Assembly (NCBI GenBank): GCA_031800475.1
Contig: DAPKRQ010000097.1
Span: forward strand, 1 to 59,409
Reading direction: 5' to 3'
Source of the DNA: Myxococcales bacterium LLY-WYZ-16_1
GTDB lineage: Bacteria > Myxococcota > Kuafuiibacteriia > Kuafuiibacteriales > Kuafuiibacteriaceae
Length of the DNA stretch: 59,409 bases
Both the position numbers and the translations under genes were made by a program. Position 1 is the first letter of the stretch. Every line of letters starts with the position of its first letter. The notes beneath the pieces were generated by a model, which was given only the letters and a program-made list of their open reading frames with translations, ran no database searches and was not told the DNA's origin. Shown piece after piece: positions 1-9,487 of this stretch.

Positions 1-1
1 G

Positions 2-2272
2 TTCGCGCTGCTTCAGGTGTTCGGGGGACCGGCGGGTCTCGAAGCGTGGACCGCAGCCCATCCAGAGGCGCTGGAGGGCCTGGTCGAACCGGCTCGCCGG
101 GGCTCTTGGGCGAGCTTCACCCTACTGGCTTTCGCGGCGGCCTTCTTGCTCCCGCGCCAGTTTCACATGGCCTTCGTCAAGCAGCCCGAAGAGCAGGCCC
201 TTTTGCACGCCATGTGGGCCTTCCCCGTGCTTTTGTGGGTCCTGAACCTTCCGATCCCCTTGATCCTGTGGGCCGCCCGGAAGCTCGACCTTCCGGGCGA
301 CCCAGATTTTTGGGTTTTGGGACTGGTGGCAGAGCATCCGGCCCTGGCCGTGGTCGTGTTTTTGGGAGGACTGGCCGCCGCCAGTGGGATGGCGATCGTG
401 TGCAGCCTGGCCTTGGCCGGCATGGCCATGAACCACTTGGTCCTGCCGGTCTGGCGGCCCGTTCGTCGGGTCTACGGCACCGTGGCGTGGCTCAGACGCG
501 GCCTGGTGGCCGCGTTCGTGTTCGCGGGCTACTTCACCTGTCGAAACCTCCACGGCGGCGTCCTGGTCGAGTTGGGGCTGATCACCTTTGTCGCCGTGGC
601 GCAGTTCCTGCCCGGGATGGTCGGCGTCCTGTTTTGGACGGGCGCGACCCGCACCGGGTTCGTGGCGGGGCTGACCGCAGGCATCGTAAGTTGGACCGTC
701 CTGTTGATCCTCCCCTTGGCCGGTTGGCCCGAACCCGAAATCTGGCTCCGCGGTACGCTGGTACCGGCGGTCTTTCCGCCCGGTGTCGATCGATGGGCCT
801 TCGCGACCCAGATCAGCCTGTTCGCAAATGGGTTGTCTTTCGTGAGCCTGTCGCTGTTGGGACGGCCCCGGGCCCAAGAACTCGAAGCCGCCCAGACCTG
901 CGCCGAAGACGGTCTGACCGCCACCTTTCGGGGGCGTCGCAGCCCCGAGGCCCTCCGCCGAGATCTGGAGCGAGTGCTCGGGGCCGAGGTATCCGGTCGA
1001 GAGGTGGCTCGGGCGTGCCAGGCTCTCGGACTGGCTCGAGACGAACGCCGAGCGTTGAAGCTGGCGCAGCTGGAAGATCGGGTCGAGGTCAACCTGTCCG
1101 GATTGTTCGGGCCCATGGTCGCCCGGCAGTTGATGGGCCGCAAAGGCCCCGGCAGCCCTTCCCAGCTGGCGGACCAGGTCCAGTTCTTGGAGGAGCGAGA
1201 GCGGTCTCGCCCCCGGACCGGCACCCCGGGCCACGCGGATGCGGCCGACCTGGTGCGGCGATTCTTCGGCGGCGTTCTCGAAGACCTGCCTCTCGGGGTC
1301 TGCGCGGTGGCGTCCACGGGCGAGGTGCTGGTGTGGAACCAGGTCATGGTGCGGATCTCGGGCCTCGACCGGGCCCGCTGCGTCGGTCATCGGGTGGACC
1401 ACCTGACTCCACCTTGGCCCAGTTTGCTCACCCGCGATGCGGCAGGCCTCGAGCGATCGATTCGAACGAATGGGCGAGATCGAATCCTTCGAGTCGGTGC
1501 TTCGGTTCTGGGCGAGGGGGGCTTCGTGGCGCTGGTGGACGACCTGACCGATCAGCGTCTGGTCGAAGCGCGCCTGGCCCATCAAGATCGTCTGGAGTCC
1601 ATCGGGCGACTGGCCGCTGGCGTGGCCCACGAGATTGGAAACCCGCTGGCCGGTATGCTGATGGTCGCACGAAACCTGCAACGGGAGCGCGAACGGGACG
1701 AAGTGGCCGAACGACTCGACCTGGTGATCGCGGAGGGCACCCGCATTCAAAAGATCGTGGAGTCGATGGTGGCCTTCAGCCGGTCGGAGGGCAGGAGCCC
1801 AGAATGTCTTTCGTCCGCGGATTCGAGGCGGGTGGAGCTGCTCCAGGTGCTGCAAGGTGCCGTCCGCTTGGTCCGATTGACCCACAGAGACGTGCAGTGT
1901 CATCTGCGGTGCCCCGGCGGGGTCGCGGTACGGGGAGACGACCAGCAGCTGACGCAGGTGTTCGTCAATCTGCTCGGCAACGCCTGCGACGCCTCCCCCG
2001 CCGGAGCCGAGGTGGAAGTGGAGACGACGGTGGATCGGACGAACGTGCACGTGGCGGTATCGGATCGGGGAGAAGGCATTCGGCAGCAGATCAAGGAGCA
2101 CATCTTCGAGCCCTTTTTCACCACGAAGGAACCGGGGCGCGGCACCGGTCTGGGCTTGGCCATCGCCCATCGGATCGTCGCCGACCACGGCGGTCGGATC
2201 GAGGTGGCCGATAGGGACGGAGGTGGTACCCGGTTCGTCGTGGAGCTCGAAGCGCTGGAGATGGTGTCTTGA
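2..2272 (+). CDS. cbrA: CbrA-like sensor kinase: SLC5/SSS membrane domain + STAC + PAS + HisKA/HATPase (5' end truncated by the window edge)
   Basis: Frame is open back to position 2. Multi-TM N-terminus (LLPRQFHM, QFLPG..G.LFW), STAC-like segment (LERVLGAE...NLSGLFGP), PAS (LPLGVCAV), H-box AHEIGNPL, N-box QVFVNLLGNA, G-boxes DRGEG and GTGLGL. Confidence 0.88.
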   Translation, partial: FALLQVFGGPAGLEAWTAAHPEALEGLVEPARRGSWASFTLLAFAAAFLLPRQFHMAFVKQPEEQALLHAMWAFPVLLWVLNLPIPLILWAARKLDLPGDPDFWVLGLVAEHPALAVVVFLGGLAAASGMAIVCSLALAGMAMNHLVLPVWRPVRRVYGTVAWLRRGLVAAFVFAGYFTCRNLHGGVLVELGLITFVAVAQFLPGMVGVLFWTGATRTGFVAGLTAGIVSWTVLLILPLAGWPEPEIWLRGTLVPAVFPPGVDRWAFATQISLFANGLSFVSLSLLGRPRAQELEAAQTCAEDGLTATFRGRRSPEALRRDLERVLGAEVSGREVARACQALGLARDERRALKLAQLEDRVEVNLSGLFGPMVARQLMGRKGPGSPSQLADQVQFLEERERSRPRTGTPGHADAADLVRRFFGGVLEDLPLGVCAVASTGEVLVWNQVMVRISGLDRARCVGHRVDHLTPPWPSLLTRDAAGLERSIRTNGRDRILRVGASVLGEGGFVALVDDLTDQRLVEARLAHQDRLESIGRLAAGVAHEIGNPLAGMLMVARNLQRERERDEVAERLDLVIAEGTRIQKIVESMVAFSRSEGRSPECLSSADSRRVELLQVLQGAVRLVRLTHRDVQCHLRCPGGVAVRGDDQQLTQVFVNLLGNACDASPAGAEVEVETTVDRTNVHVAVSDRGEGIRQQIKEHIFEPFFTTKEPGRGTGLGLAIAHRIVADHGGRIEVADRDGGGTRFVVELEALEMVS

Positions 2273-3606
2273 GTCGAATCTTGTTGGTAGAAGACGAGTC
2301 CGTGCTCCGGGGCGAGATCAAGCGGTCTTTGATCCGTGCGGGGCACGACGTGGACGAAGCCGTGAGCCTGGGCGAGGACCGGGCGTTCCAGTTGTCGGAT
2401 TTCGAACTGGTGCTTACCGACGTGCGTCTGCCGGGAGGCAGCGGCGTAGAGCTGCTCGAAGCCGCGGGTCACGTGCCGGTGCTCCTGATGACCAGCTTCG
2501 GGACCGTGAAGTCGGCGGTGGACGCCATGAAGCAGGGGGCCGCCGATTACATTGCAAAGCCCTTCGAGCCGGACGAACTGGAGCTCGCCGTTCACCGCAT
2601 TCTTCGAGAGCAGCAGCTTCGGCGTAAGGCTCGAGGACTGAAGCGCGACGTTTCCCAGGTGTGGGCCATCGAAGGGATCGTCGGAACCTGCAAGGCCATG
2701 CAGGGGGTCCTGCACAGAATCGAGCGGGTGGCCTGCACCGACGCCACCGTCTTGATCCTCGGCGAGTCCGGAACGGGAAAGGAGCTGGTGGCCCGGGCGA
2801 TCCACGAGGGGAGTCGTCGCAAAGAAGGCCCTTTCGTGGCGGTGAACTGCGCGGCGATTCCGGACAACCTGATCGAGAGCGAGTTGTTCGGCCACGAAAA
2901 GGGCGCGTTCACCGGGGCGGTCCACCGTCACATCGGCCTGGTGGAGTCAGCCCACGAGGGCACTTTGTTCTTGGACGAGGTCGGGGAGCTTCCGGCGTCA
3001 GCGCAAGCCCGTTTACTTCGGGTGCTGCAAGAGCAGGAGATCCGGCACGTGGGATCCAGCAAGACCCGACAGGTCGACGTGCGCGTGCTGGCCGCGACCC
3101 ACCGAGACCTGCCCCAGATGGTGGCCCGCGGGACGTTCCGGGAGGATCTGTTCTATCGCCTCAAAGTGGTCGACGTGCGGGTGCCGGCGTTGCGGGAGCG
3201 GGCGGACGACATCCCGGAGCTGGCCACATTCCTGCTTCGAAAGGCGGGCGCCAAGGTCGGTCGTTCGGGTCTGGAGCTGACCGAAGAAGCCCTCGATGCC
3301 ATGCTCGCACACCGCTGGCCCGGGAACGTGCGGGAACTCGAAAACGCCATCGAGCGGGCGGTGATCCTGAGCGAAGACGGCCAGATCACGCCGGAGCTGC
3401 TGGGCATCGAGATCGAGACCCTGCACGTGGTCCGAGAGCCGGAATCGGACGAAGGCGCGCTGGCGGAGTATTTTCGCCATTTCGTTCTGAAGCACCAGTC
3501 GCATCTGAGCGAGACAGAGATCGCCCGGCGGCTCGGCATCAGTCGCAAGGCATTGTGGGAGCGCCGCCGTCGCTACGGTATGGTGCGCCCCAAGAACAAG
3601 GGCTGA
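2269..3606 (+). CDS. cbrB: CbrB-like sigma54-dependent response regulator (REC-AAA+-HTH)
   Basis: TTG start overlaps the cbrA stop (TTGA) with GGAG upstream. REC LTDVRLPG, Walker A GESGTGKE, intact GAFTGA, WPGNVRELEN. C-terminus YFRHFVLKHQSHLSETEIARRLGISRKALWERR matches the distinctive CbrB HTH as I recall it. Confidence 0.9.
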   Translation: MSRILLVEDESVLRGEIKRSLIRAGHDVDEAVSLGEDRAFQLSDFELVLTDVRLPGGSGVELLEAAGHVPVLLMTSFGTVKSAVDAMKQGAADYIAKPFEPDELELAVHRILREQQLRRKARGLKRDVSQVWAIEGIVGTCKAMQGVLHRIERVACTDATVLILGESGTGKELVARAIHEGSRRKEGPFVAVNCAAIPDNLIESELFGHEKGAFTGAVHRHIGLVESAHEGTLFLDEVGELPASAQARLLRVLQEQEIRHVGSSKTRQVDVRVLAATHRDLPQMVARGTFREDLFYRLKVVDVRVPALRERADDIPELATFLLRKAGAKVGRSGLELTEEALDAMLAHRWPGNVRELENAIERAVILSEDGQITPELLGIEIETLHVVREPESDEGALAEYFRHFVLKHQSHLSETEIARRLGISRKALWERRRRYGMVRPKNKG

Positions 3607-3609
3607 GCC

Positions 3610-5508
3610 GTGTCCGATTCCATGTTCGAAACCCTGGTCGAGCGCATTTCGACCCATGCACCCTTCGACCGGGCCGACCCGAGCGTGGTGCGGGCTGTCG
3701 TCGACGGCCTGCGCATCCGATACGTGGAAGCCGGAGACGTGCTCTTTCGAGAGGGCGAGCCCCACGCTCCAGAATGCTACCTGGTTCACAAGGGTCGGGT
3801 GCGGATCGGTCGAAACCACGACGGCATCGACGAGCTGGTGGACGTTTGCGACGAAGGCGACTACTTCGGTGCCCGGGCGCTTTTGAACGAGAGGCCCTAC
3901 GCTGCGTCGGCCCGGGCCGAAGAGGACACCTTGCTCTACGTCATCCCCGGAAAGCCGTTGCGCTGGGGCATGGCGCAAGACGACGCGGTCTCGGCGTTCT
4001 TCACGGCGGGCTTTACGTCCGATCTGCCGATGCTCGGCGACAACCGGCTCGAGCAGGTGAACCAAGCACTACAGCGGCTTCGGGGGGCTGCAGCACCCGA
4101 GCTGGTGGCTCGGGTCGAGCCCAGCCGGGATCCGGTGGCCTGCGCTTCGAACATCTCGATCCAGCAGGCCGCCTGGCGCATGCGAAGTCGGAACGTCGGG
4201 TCGATCGTGGTGGTCGATGCCAACGGGTGCCCGGTCGGCATCGTCACCGACTCGGATCTTCGTTCGAAGGTCGTGGCCGAAGGGCGGTCCGGAGCGGAGC
4301 CCATCGAGAGCATCATGAGCCAGCCCGTGGTGACCGTGTCCGAGAAAGTGTCCGAGGCTCAGCTGATGGCCCTGATGATGCGGCACGGGCTTCACCACTT
4401 TGCCGTGACCGAAGACGGCAGCCCCGCATCTCGGCTCGTCGGGGTGCTGTCGGAGCACGACCTCTCGAAAGCCCGGGGGCAGCACCCCACGGTGATCCTC
4501 CACGAGATCCAGCGGGCCCGTTCGGGGGAGGAGCTTCGGCTGTGGCGCGACCGAACCGAAGCGCTCTTGCGCAAATACCTGGAAGCCGAAACCGCCATGA
4601 GCCTGGTGGCGCGGGTGGTCTCTGAGATCAACGATGCTCTGATCCGCAGGAGCATCGAGCTCGCCCAAGCCGAGATCGGCCCAGCTCCAGCCCCCTGGTG
4701 TTGGCTCGCCATGGGCAGCGAGGGCCGAGAGGAACAGCTTCTTCGCACCGACCAAGACAATGCGATCTCCTTTCGCGGCTGCGAAGGCGATCGGGCGTAC
4801 TTTCTCGAGCTCGGTACCCGGGTCGTGGAGCACCTGGTCGAAGCAGGCTTTCGCCGGTGTCCGGGCGACGTCATGGCCAGCAACCCGGAATGGAATCTAG
4901 CCCTCGACGAGTGGAAGGACCGTTTCGAGCGGTGGATTTCCATGCCCGATCCGCCGGCTACCATGCGGGCGAACATCTGCTTCGACTTTCGTCCGGTGGC
5001 GGGCGACTTGGAGCTGGCGCGGGAGCTGAAGTCGTTCGTGATGGATGCGGTCAAAGCCGACCGAGGCTTCTTGGCGTTCTTCGCTAGGAACGCCGCCGAC
5101 AGTCCGCCTCCTTTGAGTTTCTTCCGAAACGAGATCGTTGAAAAGAGCGGTGAGCACCGATCGACCTTCGACATCAAGGCCCGGGCCATGACCCCTTTGG
5201 CCGACGCGGCGCGGGTCCTGGTCTACGACGCGGGAATCGACATGTTCGGAAGTACCGTGGACCGCTGGGAGCAGATTGCTCGAAAGGAGCCCAACCTGGA
5301 GCGACTGTCTCGTGAGGCGGCGATGGCATACGAGATCCTGATGCGGGTGCGCGCCCGGGAGGGTCTGCATCGCGGCAGCTCCGGCCGTTATGTCCATATT
5401 CGCGAGCTGAACAAGCTCCAACGCAGAACCCTCCGGAGCACGTTTTCCGTCGTGGAAGACGTTCAGCTGATGCTGCGGTCCCGGTATCGACTCGACATGA
5501 TGCGGTGA
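3610..5508 (+). CDS. cNMP-binding-like + CBS pair + GlnD/GlnE-like nucleotidyltransferase (DUF294/DUF294_C)
   Basis: N-terminal Crp-like beta-barrel, tandem CBS (NVGSIVVVD, GIVTDSDLR, MMRHGLHHFAV), NTase signature MGSEGREEQLLRTDQDNA, WNLALDEWKDRFERWI, FDFRPVAGD. Confidence 0.9.
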   Translation: MSDSMFETLVERISTHAPFDRADPSVVRAVVDGLRIRYVEAGDVLFREGEPHAPECYLVHKGRVRIGRNHDGIDELVDVCDEGDYFGARALLNERPYAASARAEEDTLLYVIPGKPLRWGMAQDDAVSAFFTAGFTSDLPMLGDNRLEQVNQALQRLRGAAAPELVARVEPSRDPVACASNISIQQAAWRMRSRNVGSIVVVDANGCPVGIVTDSDLRSKVVAEGRSGAEPIESIMSQPVVTVSEKVSEAQLMALMMRHGLHHFAVTEDGSPASRLVGVLSEHDLSKARGQHPTVILHEIQRARSGEELRLWRDRTEALLRKYLEAETAMSLVARVVSEINDALIRRSIELAQAEIGPAPAPWCWLAMGSEGREEQLLRTDQDNAISFRGCEGDRAYFLELGTRVVEHLVEAGFRRCPGDVMASNPEWNLALDEWKDRFERWISMPDPPATMRANICFDFRPVAGDLELARELKSFVMDAVKADRGFLAFFARNAADSPPPLSFFRNEIVEKSGEHRSTFDIKARAMTPLADAARVLVYDAGIDMFGSTVDRWEQIARKEPNLERLSREAAMAYEILMRVRAREGLHRGSSGRYVHIRELNKLQRRTLRSTFSVVEDVQLMLRSRYRLDMMR

Positions 5509-6179
5509 AGATCCCCTGGCTTACAAAGGCCCGTCCGGAGTGGCCCGAACCTCTTCGTCGCTATGCCGAGGCGTTCCATTATCCTTCGAAGCGAGCGTCG
5601 CTGGAGTCGACGCGATTCGTCGTGTTCGACACGGAAACGACGGGCCTCGATCTTGCGAAGAATCGGCTGCTCGCCCTGGCCTCGGTGGGGCTGGAGAGAG
5701 GCGACATCGTGTGTGGCGACCGCTTCGAGGTCTGGGTGCGGCAGGACACGGTGGGCGCGGCCGACGCGGTGCGGATCCACGGGTTGGTGCGGCGAGACGT
5801 GGCTCAGGGCCTGGAAGAAGATCTCGCGGTGGCGCAGTTTCTGGAGCACGCCAATTCCGCGGTGTTGGTGGCTCACCACGCGGCCTTCGACATGGCCATG
5901 TTGAAGAAGGCATTGGCGCCTCACCGGGGGGCCAAGGTGAAAAACCCGGTGGTCGACACCATGACTTTGGCTTTGCGCCTCGAGTCGGGACCGGTGCGCA
6001 CGGAGCTGTCGCGCAGCCGGATCGGGCTCGATGCGTTGGCAGACTCGTGTGGGGTGGGGATCAGCGGCCGGCACACGGCCGCCGGCGACGCCCTGGCCAC
6101 GGCTCGGGTCTTTCAGGTCTTGCTGCGGCGGGCCCGAAAGCGGGGGATCCGAACCCTCGGGCAACTGCTCGGCGGGTGA
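5505..6179 (+). CDS. DEDDh 3'-5' exonuclease-fold protein (DnaQ-like)
   Basis: ExoI FDTETTGLD, ExoII AHHAAFD, ExoIII RHTAAGDA; GTGA overlap with the DUF294 gene stop. Confidence 0.9.
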   Translation: MKIPWLTKARPEWPEPLRRYAEAFHYPSKRASLESTRFVVFDTETTGLDLAKNRLLALASVGLERGDIVCGDRFEVWVRQDTVGAADAVRIHGLVRRDVAQGLEEDLAVAQFLEHANSAVLVAHHAAFDMAMLKKALAPHRGAKVKNPVVDTMTLALRLESGPVRTELSRSRIGLDALADSCGVGISGRHTAAGDALATARVFQVLLRRARKRGIRTLGQLLGG

Positions 6180-6245
6180 CGGAGCCCGGCGGTCGTCCGG
6201 CTCCGAGGGAATGGACGGCCCGGGTCGCTAGCTCGGTACCTCGAT

Positions 6246-7574
6246 TCAGAAGTACACCATGGCCTGCAGGATGCCTTCGCTCGCGAAGCCGTCCATGTCG
6301 CCGGGGGCCAAGAAGATCGGTCGGGCTCGGTAGTGCAGCGTGAGCTTGGCGTGGTGCCCGATCAGCAGCCAGTTCACGCCACCTTCCAGCATCGGCGACA
6401 GCTCGTCGTTCAAAGCCTCGAAGAACGACAGCTGAGTCCGGAAGTAGGGTTGCAGGCTCACGCCGCCCAAGGGCTCCGTCGGCAGAAGGTAGCCGACCTC
6501 GAGCACCAAGCTGGTGCCGGTGCCGATGACCGGGTACCCGTTTCCGCGGCCATTGACCGCGGAGCCGCTGCCGGTGTCGCCGATGTTGGAGATGCCGATG
6601 TTTCGCAGAAAGTTCGGCCCAAAGTCGAAGTAGTAGAACGTGAACAACGCCGTGAGGGCCCCGCCGGTCTCCACCGAACCCAGTGGGCTGTCGAAGAACA
6701 CGTCGGCCCCGAACAAGAAGATGTCCGACGGGACCCGATCTCCGCCCGTGGCGCTGGCGCGGGCGGTGCCGTTGGGCTGGTAGTAGTAGCCCGCGCCGAT
6801 GTTGAACACCTTCTTGGTGCCCAGATACGAGCCCACGGTATACGGAAGGAGGTTGCCCTCGTTTTCGAGGAACTCCCACTTGAAGTAGCCCGCGGTGGAC
6901 CAGGTGTTGGCGTTGTTGTTGAAGACTGCCTGATCGGGGCTCGCCGGGTCGGCGTTGCGGGTTTCGAACGGCCGGTTCAGCGCGACCCGGTAGTCCAGGT
7001 CGAGGATCTTGCCCTTGGCGTAGACGCCGAGCTGGCGAGCGAACTGATCGTTTCCTTCGATCAGGGGCCAGTTGATGATCGGAGCGTCGATGGTGAGAAA
7101 GTTCAGCGTGCTTCCGTTCGTTTGACGCGAAATTCCGTGCCAGTAGTGGATACCTGAACCCACCGAAAGGAATTCGTCCAAGACATCGTACTCCACCCAG
7201 GCGTCGTGGAAGAACAGCTGGGGCTTGAAGGGGTCCCCCTGCTGAATCCGGAAAGTCTGGTTGTTGATACCCATGTGTAGCAAGATCAGCACGTCGTCGG
7301 TGATCTGGCCGTATGCGATGAGCCGGGCCCTGCGGAGCGCCACGTCGGCTTCGACGTCCGACGGATTTCCGTCCACGGTCGTGCCCGGATTCATCTCCAT
7401 GACCCGGGTCCACATCTGGAGCCAGGAGATGAAGCGCATGTAGCGTGTGCCCTCTTCGTTGAAGTCGATGCGCGCACCCTTGCCGTACAACTCGCCTCCG
7501 CCTTGGGCCTGGGCCGTCGAAGCCGACGCGAACAGTGCGGCCGCGAGTGCGACCGTGAGCATGTCTTTATTCAT
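6246..7574 (-). CDS. Outer-membrane beta-barrel porin (possibly OprO/OprP-like fold)
   Basis: Sec signal (ASTAQA|Q), amphipathic strands, RRARL motif, terminal Phe (MVYF), GGAGG RBS; directly downstream of the symporter on the same strand. Confidence 0.75.
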   Translation of the reverse strand: MNKDMLTVALAAALFASASTAQAQGGGELYGKGARIDFNEEGTRYMRFISWLQMWTRVMEMNPGTTVDGNPSDVEADVALRRARLIAYGQITDDVLILLHMGINNQTFRIQQGDPFKPQLFFHDAWVEYDVLDEFLSVGSGIHYWHGISRQTNGSTLNFLTIDAPIINWPLIEGNDQFARQLGVYAKGKILDLDYRVALNRPFETRNADPASPDQAVFNNNANTWSTAGYFKWEFLENEGNLLPYTVGSYLGTKKVFNIGAGYYYQPNGTARASATGGDRVPSDIFLFGADVFFDSPLGSVETGGALTALFTFYYFDFGPNFLRNIGISNIGDTGSGSAVNGRGNGYPVIGTGTSLVLEVGYLLPTEPLGGVSLQPYFRTQLSFFEALNDELSPMLEGGVNWLLIGHHAKLTLHYRARPIFLAPGDMDGFASEGILQAMVYF

Positions 7575-7639
7575 TGTTTCCTCCCGAGTTGGCGGGACGC
7601 CCTCGCCGAAGGGCAGAGGCGAGCGCGCCCGTTCGTTCG

Positions 7640-9478
7640 TCAGTGTGCTGCGGAAGCCTGCTTCGATCCCTTGGGGACGCGAATGTCTTCGACCAGATTC
7701 TGGATGTCTTCGGGCGGAGCCGGCGTGAATCTCGAAACGCCGATGGCCAGAATCGCGTTGAGCAGCATGCCGAATGTTCCGATACCCTCCGGCGAGATGC
7801 CGAACCAGTACTGGTCTTTGGTGCCTCCGAGGAACTTGAAATAGATGATGTAGGCGCTGGTGAACGCGATCCCGGTGACCATTCCGGTGAGGGCCCCTTC
7901 CCGGTTCATCTTCTTGTCGAAGATGCCCAAGATGATGGCCGGAAAGAAGCTGGAAGCCGCTAATCCGAAGGCGAAGGCGACCACCTGCGCCACGAAACCA
8001 GGTGGATTGATCCCGAAGTAACCCGCCACCACGACCGCCACTGCCGCGGCGATGCGGGCGGCCAACAGCTCCCCGCGCTCCGAGATGTCGGGCCTGATGG
8101 TTCGTTTGATGAGATCGTGGCTCACGGCGGTGGATACCACCAAGAGCAGTCCGGCCGCGGTGGACAGGGCAGCCGCCAGACCGCCGGCGGCGATCAGCGC
8201 GATCACCCAGGCTGGAAGGTCTGCGATCTCCGGATTGGCCAACACCATGATGTCGCGATCGATGTAGACTTCGTTGGTGTTCGACGTGGGCGGATTGCTC
8301 ACCTTGCGCTGGCCCGCCTCGCCGCGAACCACGCTGCCATCGTCGGCGGTCACGAAGGAAGGTTTACCTTCGAACGGGGCGCCGGAGCCGTCGTACCGGA
8401 CCCGGCCGTCGTCGTTTTTGTCCAGCCAGGCGATGAGCCCGGTGCCCTCCCAGGTCTTGAACCAGCCCGGGATCGTGTTCTCGCCTGCGGACGCAGCCGT
8501 CGCATCATACTTGGCGTCGCGGATGTCCTCGATCAGGTTGGTTCGGGCGAAAGCGGCTACCGCCGGCGCGGTCGTGTACAGAATCGCGATGAACAACAGG
8601 GCCCAGCCCGCGCTTATCCGCGCGTCTCGAACCTTTGGCACCGTGTAGAACCGAATGATCACGTGAGGGAGCCCTGCGGTACCGACCATCAGGGCCATGG
8701 TGATGAAGATGACGTCGATCATCGGTTTGGAGCCGGATGTGTATTCGGCAAAACCGAGCTCCCGGTGCAACTGGTTCAGCTTCTCGAGCAGATGAACGTT
8801 CTCGCCCGAAGCGATCTTTTCACCCACCTCACCGGCCAGGACCCCGCCGAAGCCGAGCTGCGGGATCGGGTTGTTGGTGAGCAGAATCGAGATGAAGATC
8901 GCTGGAAGCATGTAGGCGAAGATCAGGATCACGTACTGCGCCACCTGGGTGTACGTGATGCCCTTCATGCCGCCGAGGACTGCGTAGGAGAACACGATCA
9001 CCATGCCGATCACCACGCCGGTGTTGATGTCGACTTCGAGAAAGCGGCTGAATACCACGCCCACGCCGCGCATCTGGCCGGCCACGTAGGTGAACGATAC
9101 GAAGATGGCGCAGACGACGGCGATCAATCGTCCTGCGCTGGAGTAATAGCGATCCCCGACGAAGTCCGGGACCGTGAACTTCCCGAACTTTCGAAGGTAG
9201 GGCGCGAGCAGCAGGGCCAGGAGCACATAACCACCCGTCCAGCCCATGAGATAGACAGAGCCGTCGTACCCGATGAACGAGATGATTCCGGCCATGCTGA
9301 TGAAAGAGGCTGCCGACATCCAGTCGGCCGCGGTGGCCATGCCGTTGGCTACTGGGTGCACACCCCCGCCGGCCACGTAGAATTCGCCCGTGGAGCCCGC
9401 TCGGGACCAGACCGCGATGCCGATGTACAGGGCGAACGAAAGACCGACGATGATGATCGTCCACAGCTGAACGGACAT
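7640..9478 (-). CDS. actP: Sodium:solute symporter, ActP-like / VC_2705 subfamily (cation:acetate symporter)
   Basis: ANGMATAADWMSAASFISMAG, GWTGGYVLLA, FTVPDFVGDRY, MVGTAGLPHVIIRFYTVP, GGLAAALSTAAGLL, AQVVAFAFGLAASSFFP. Confidence 0.9.
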   Translation of the reverse strand: MSVQLWTIIIVGLSFALYIGIAVWSRAGSTGEFYVAGGGVHPVANGMATAADWMSAASFISMAGIISFIGYDGSVYLMGWTGGYVLLALLLAPYLRKFGKFTVPDFVGDRYYSSAGRLIAVVCAIFVSFTYVAGQMRGVGVVFSRFLEVDINTGVVIGMVIVFSYAVLGGMKGITYTQVAQYVILIFAYMLPAIFISILLTNNPIPQLGFGGVLAGEVGEKIASGENVHLLEKLNQLHRELGFAEYTSGSKPMIDVIFITMALMVGTAGLPHVIIRFYTVPKVRDARISAGWALLFIAILYTTAPAVAAFARTNLIEDIRDAKYDATAASAGENTIPGWFKTWEGTGLIAWLDKNDDGRVRYDGSGAPFEGKPSFVTADDGSVVRGEAGQRKVSNPPTSNTNEVYIDRDIMVLANPEIADLPAWVIALIAAGGLAAALSTAAGLLLVVSTAVSHDLIKRTIRPDISERGELLAARIAAAVAVVVAGYFGINPPGFVAQVVAFAFGLAASSFFPAIILGIFDKKMNREGALTGMVTGIAFTSAYIIYFKFLGGTKDQYWFGISPEGIGTFGMLLNAILAIGVSRFTPAPPEDIQNLVEDIRVPKGSKQASAAH

Positions 9479-9487
9479 GTGTGCTCC

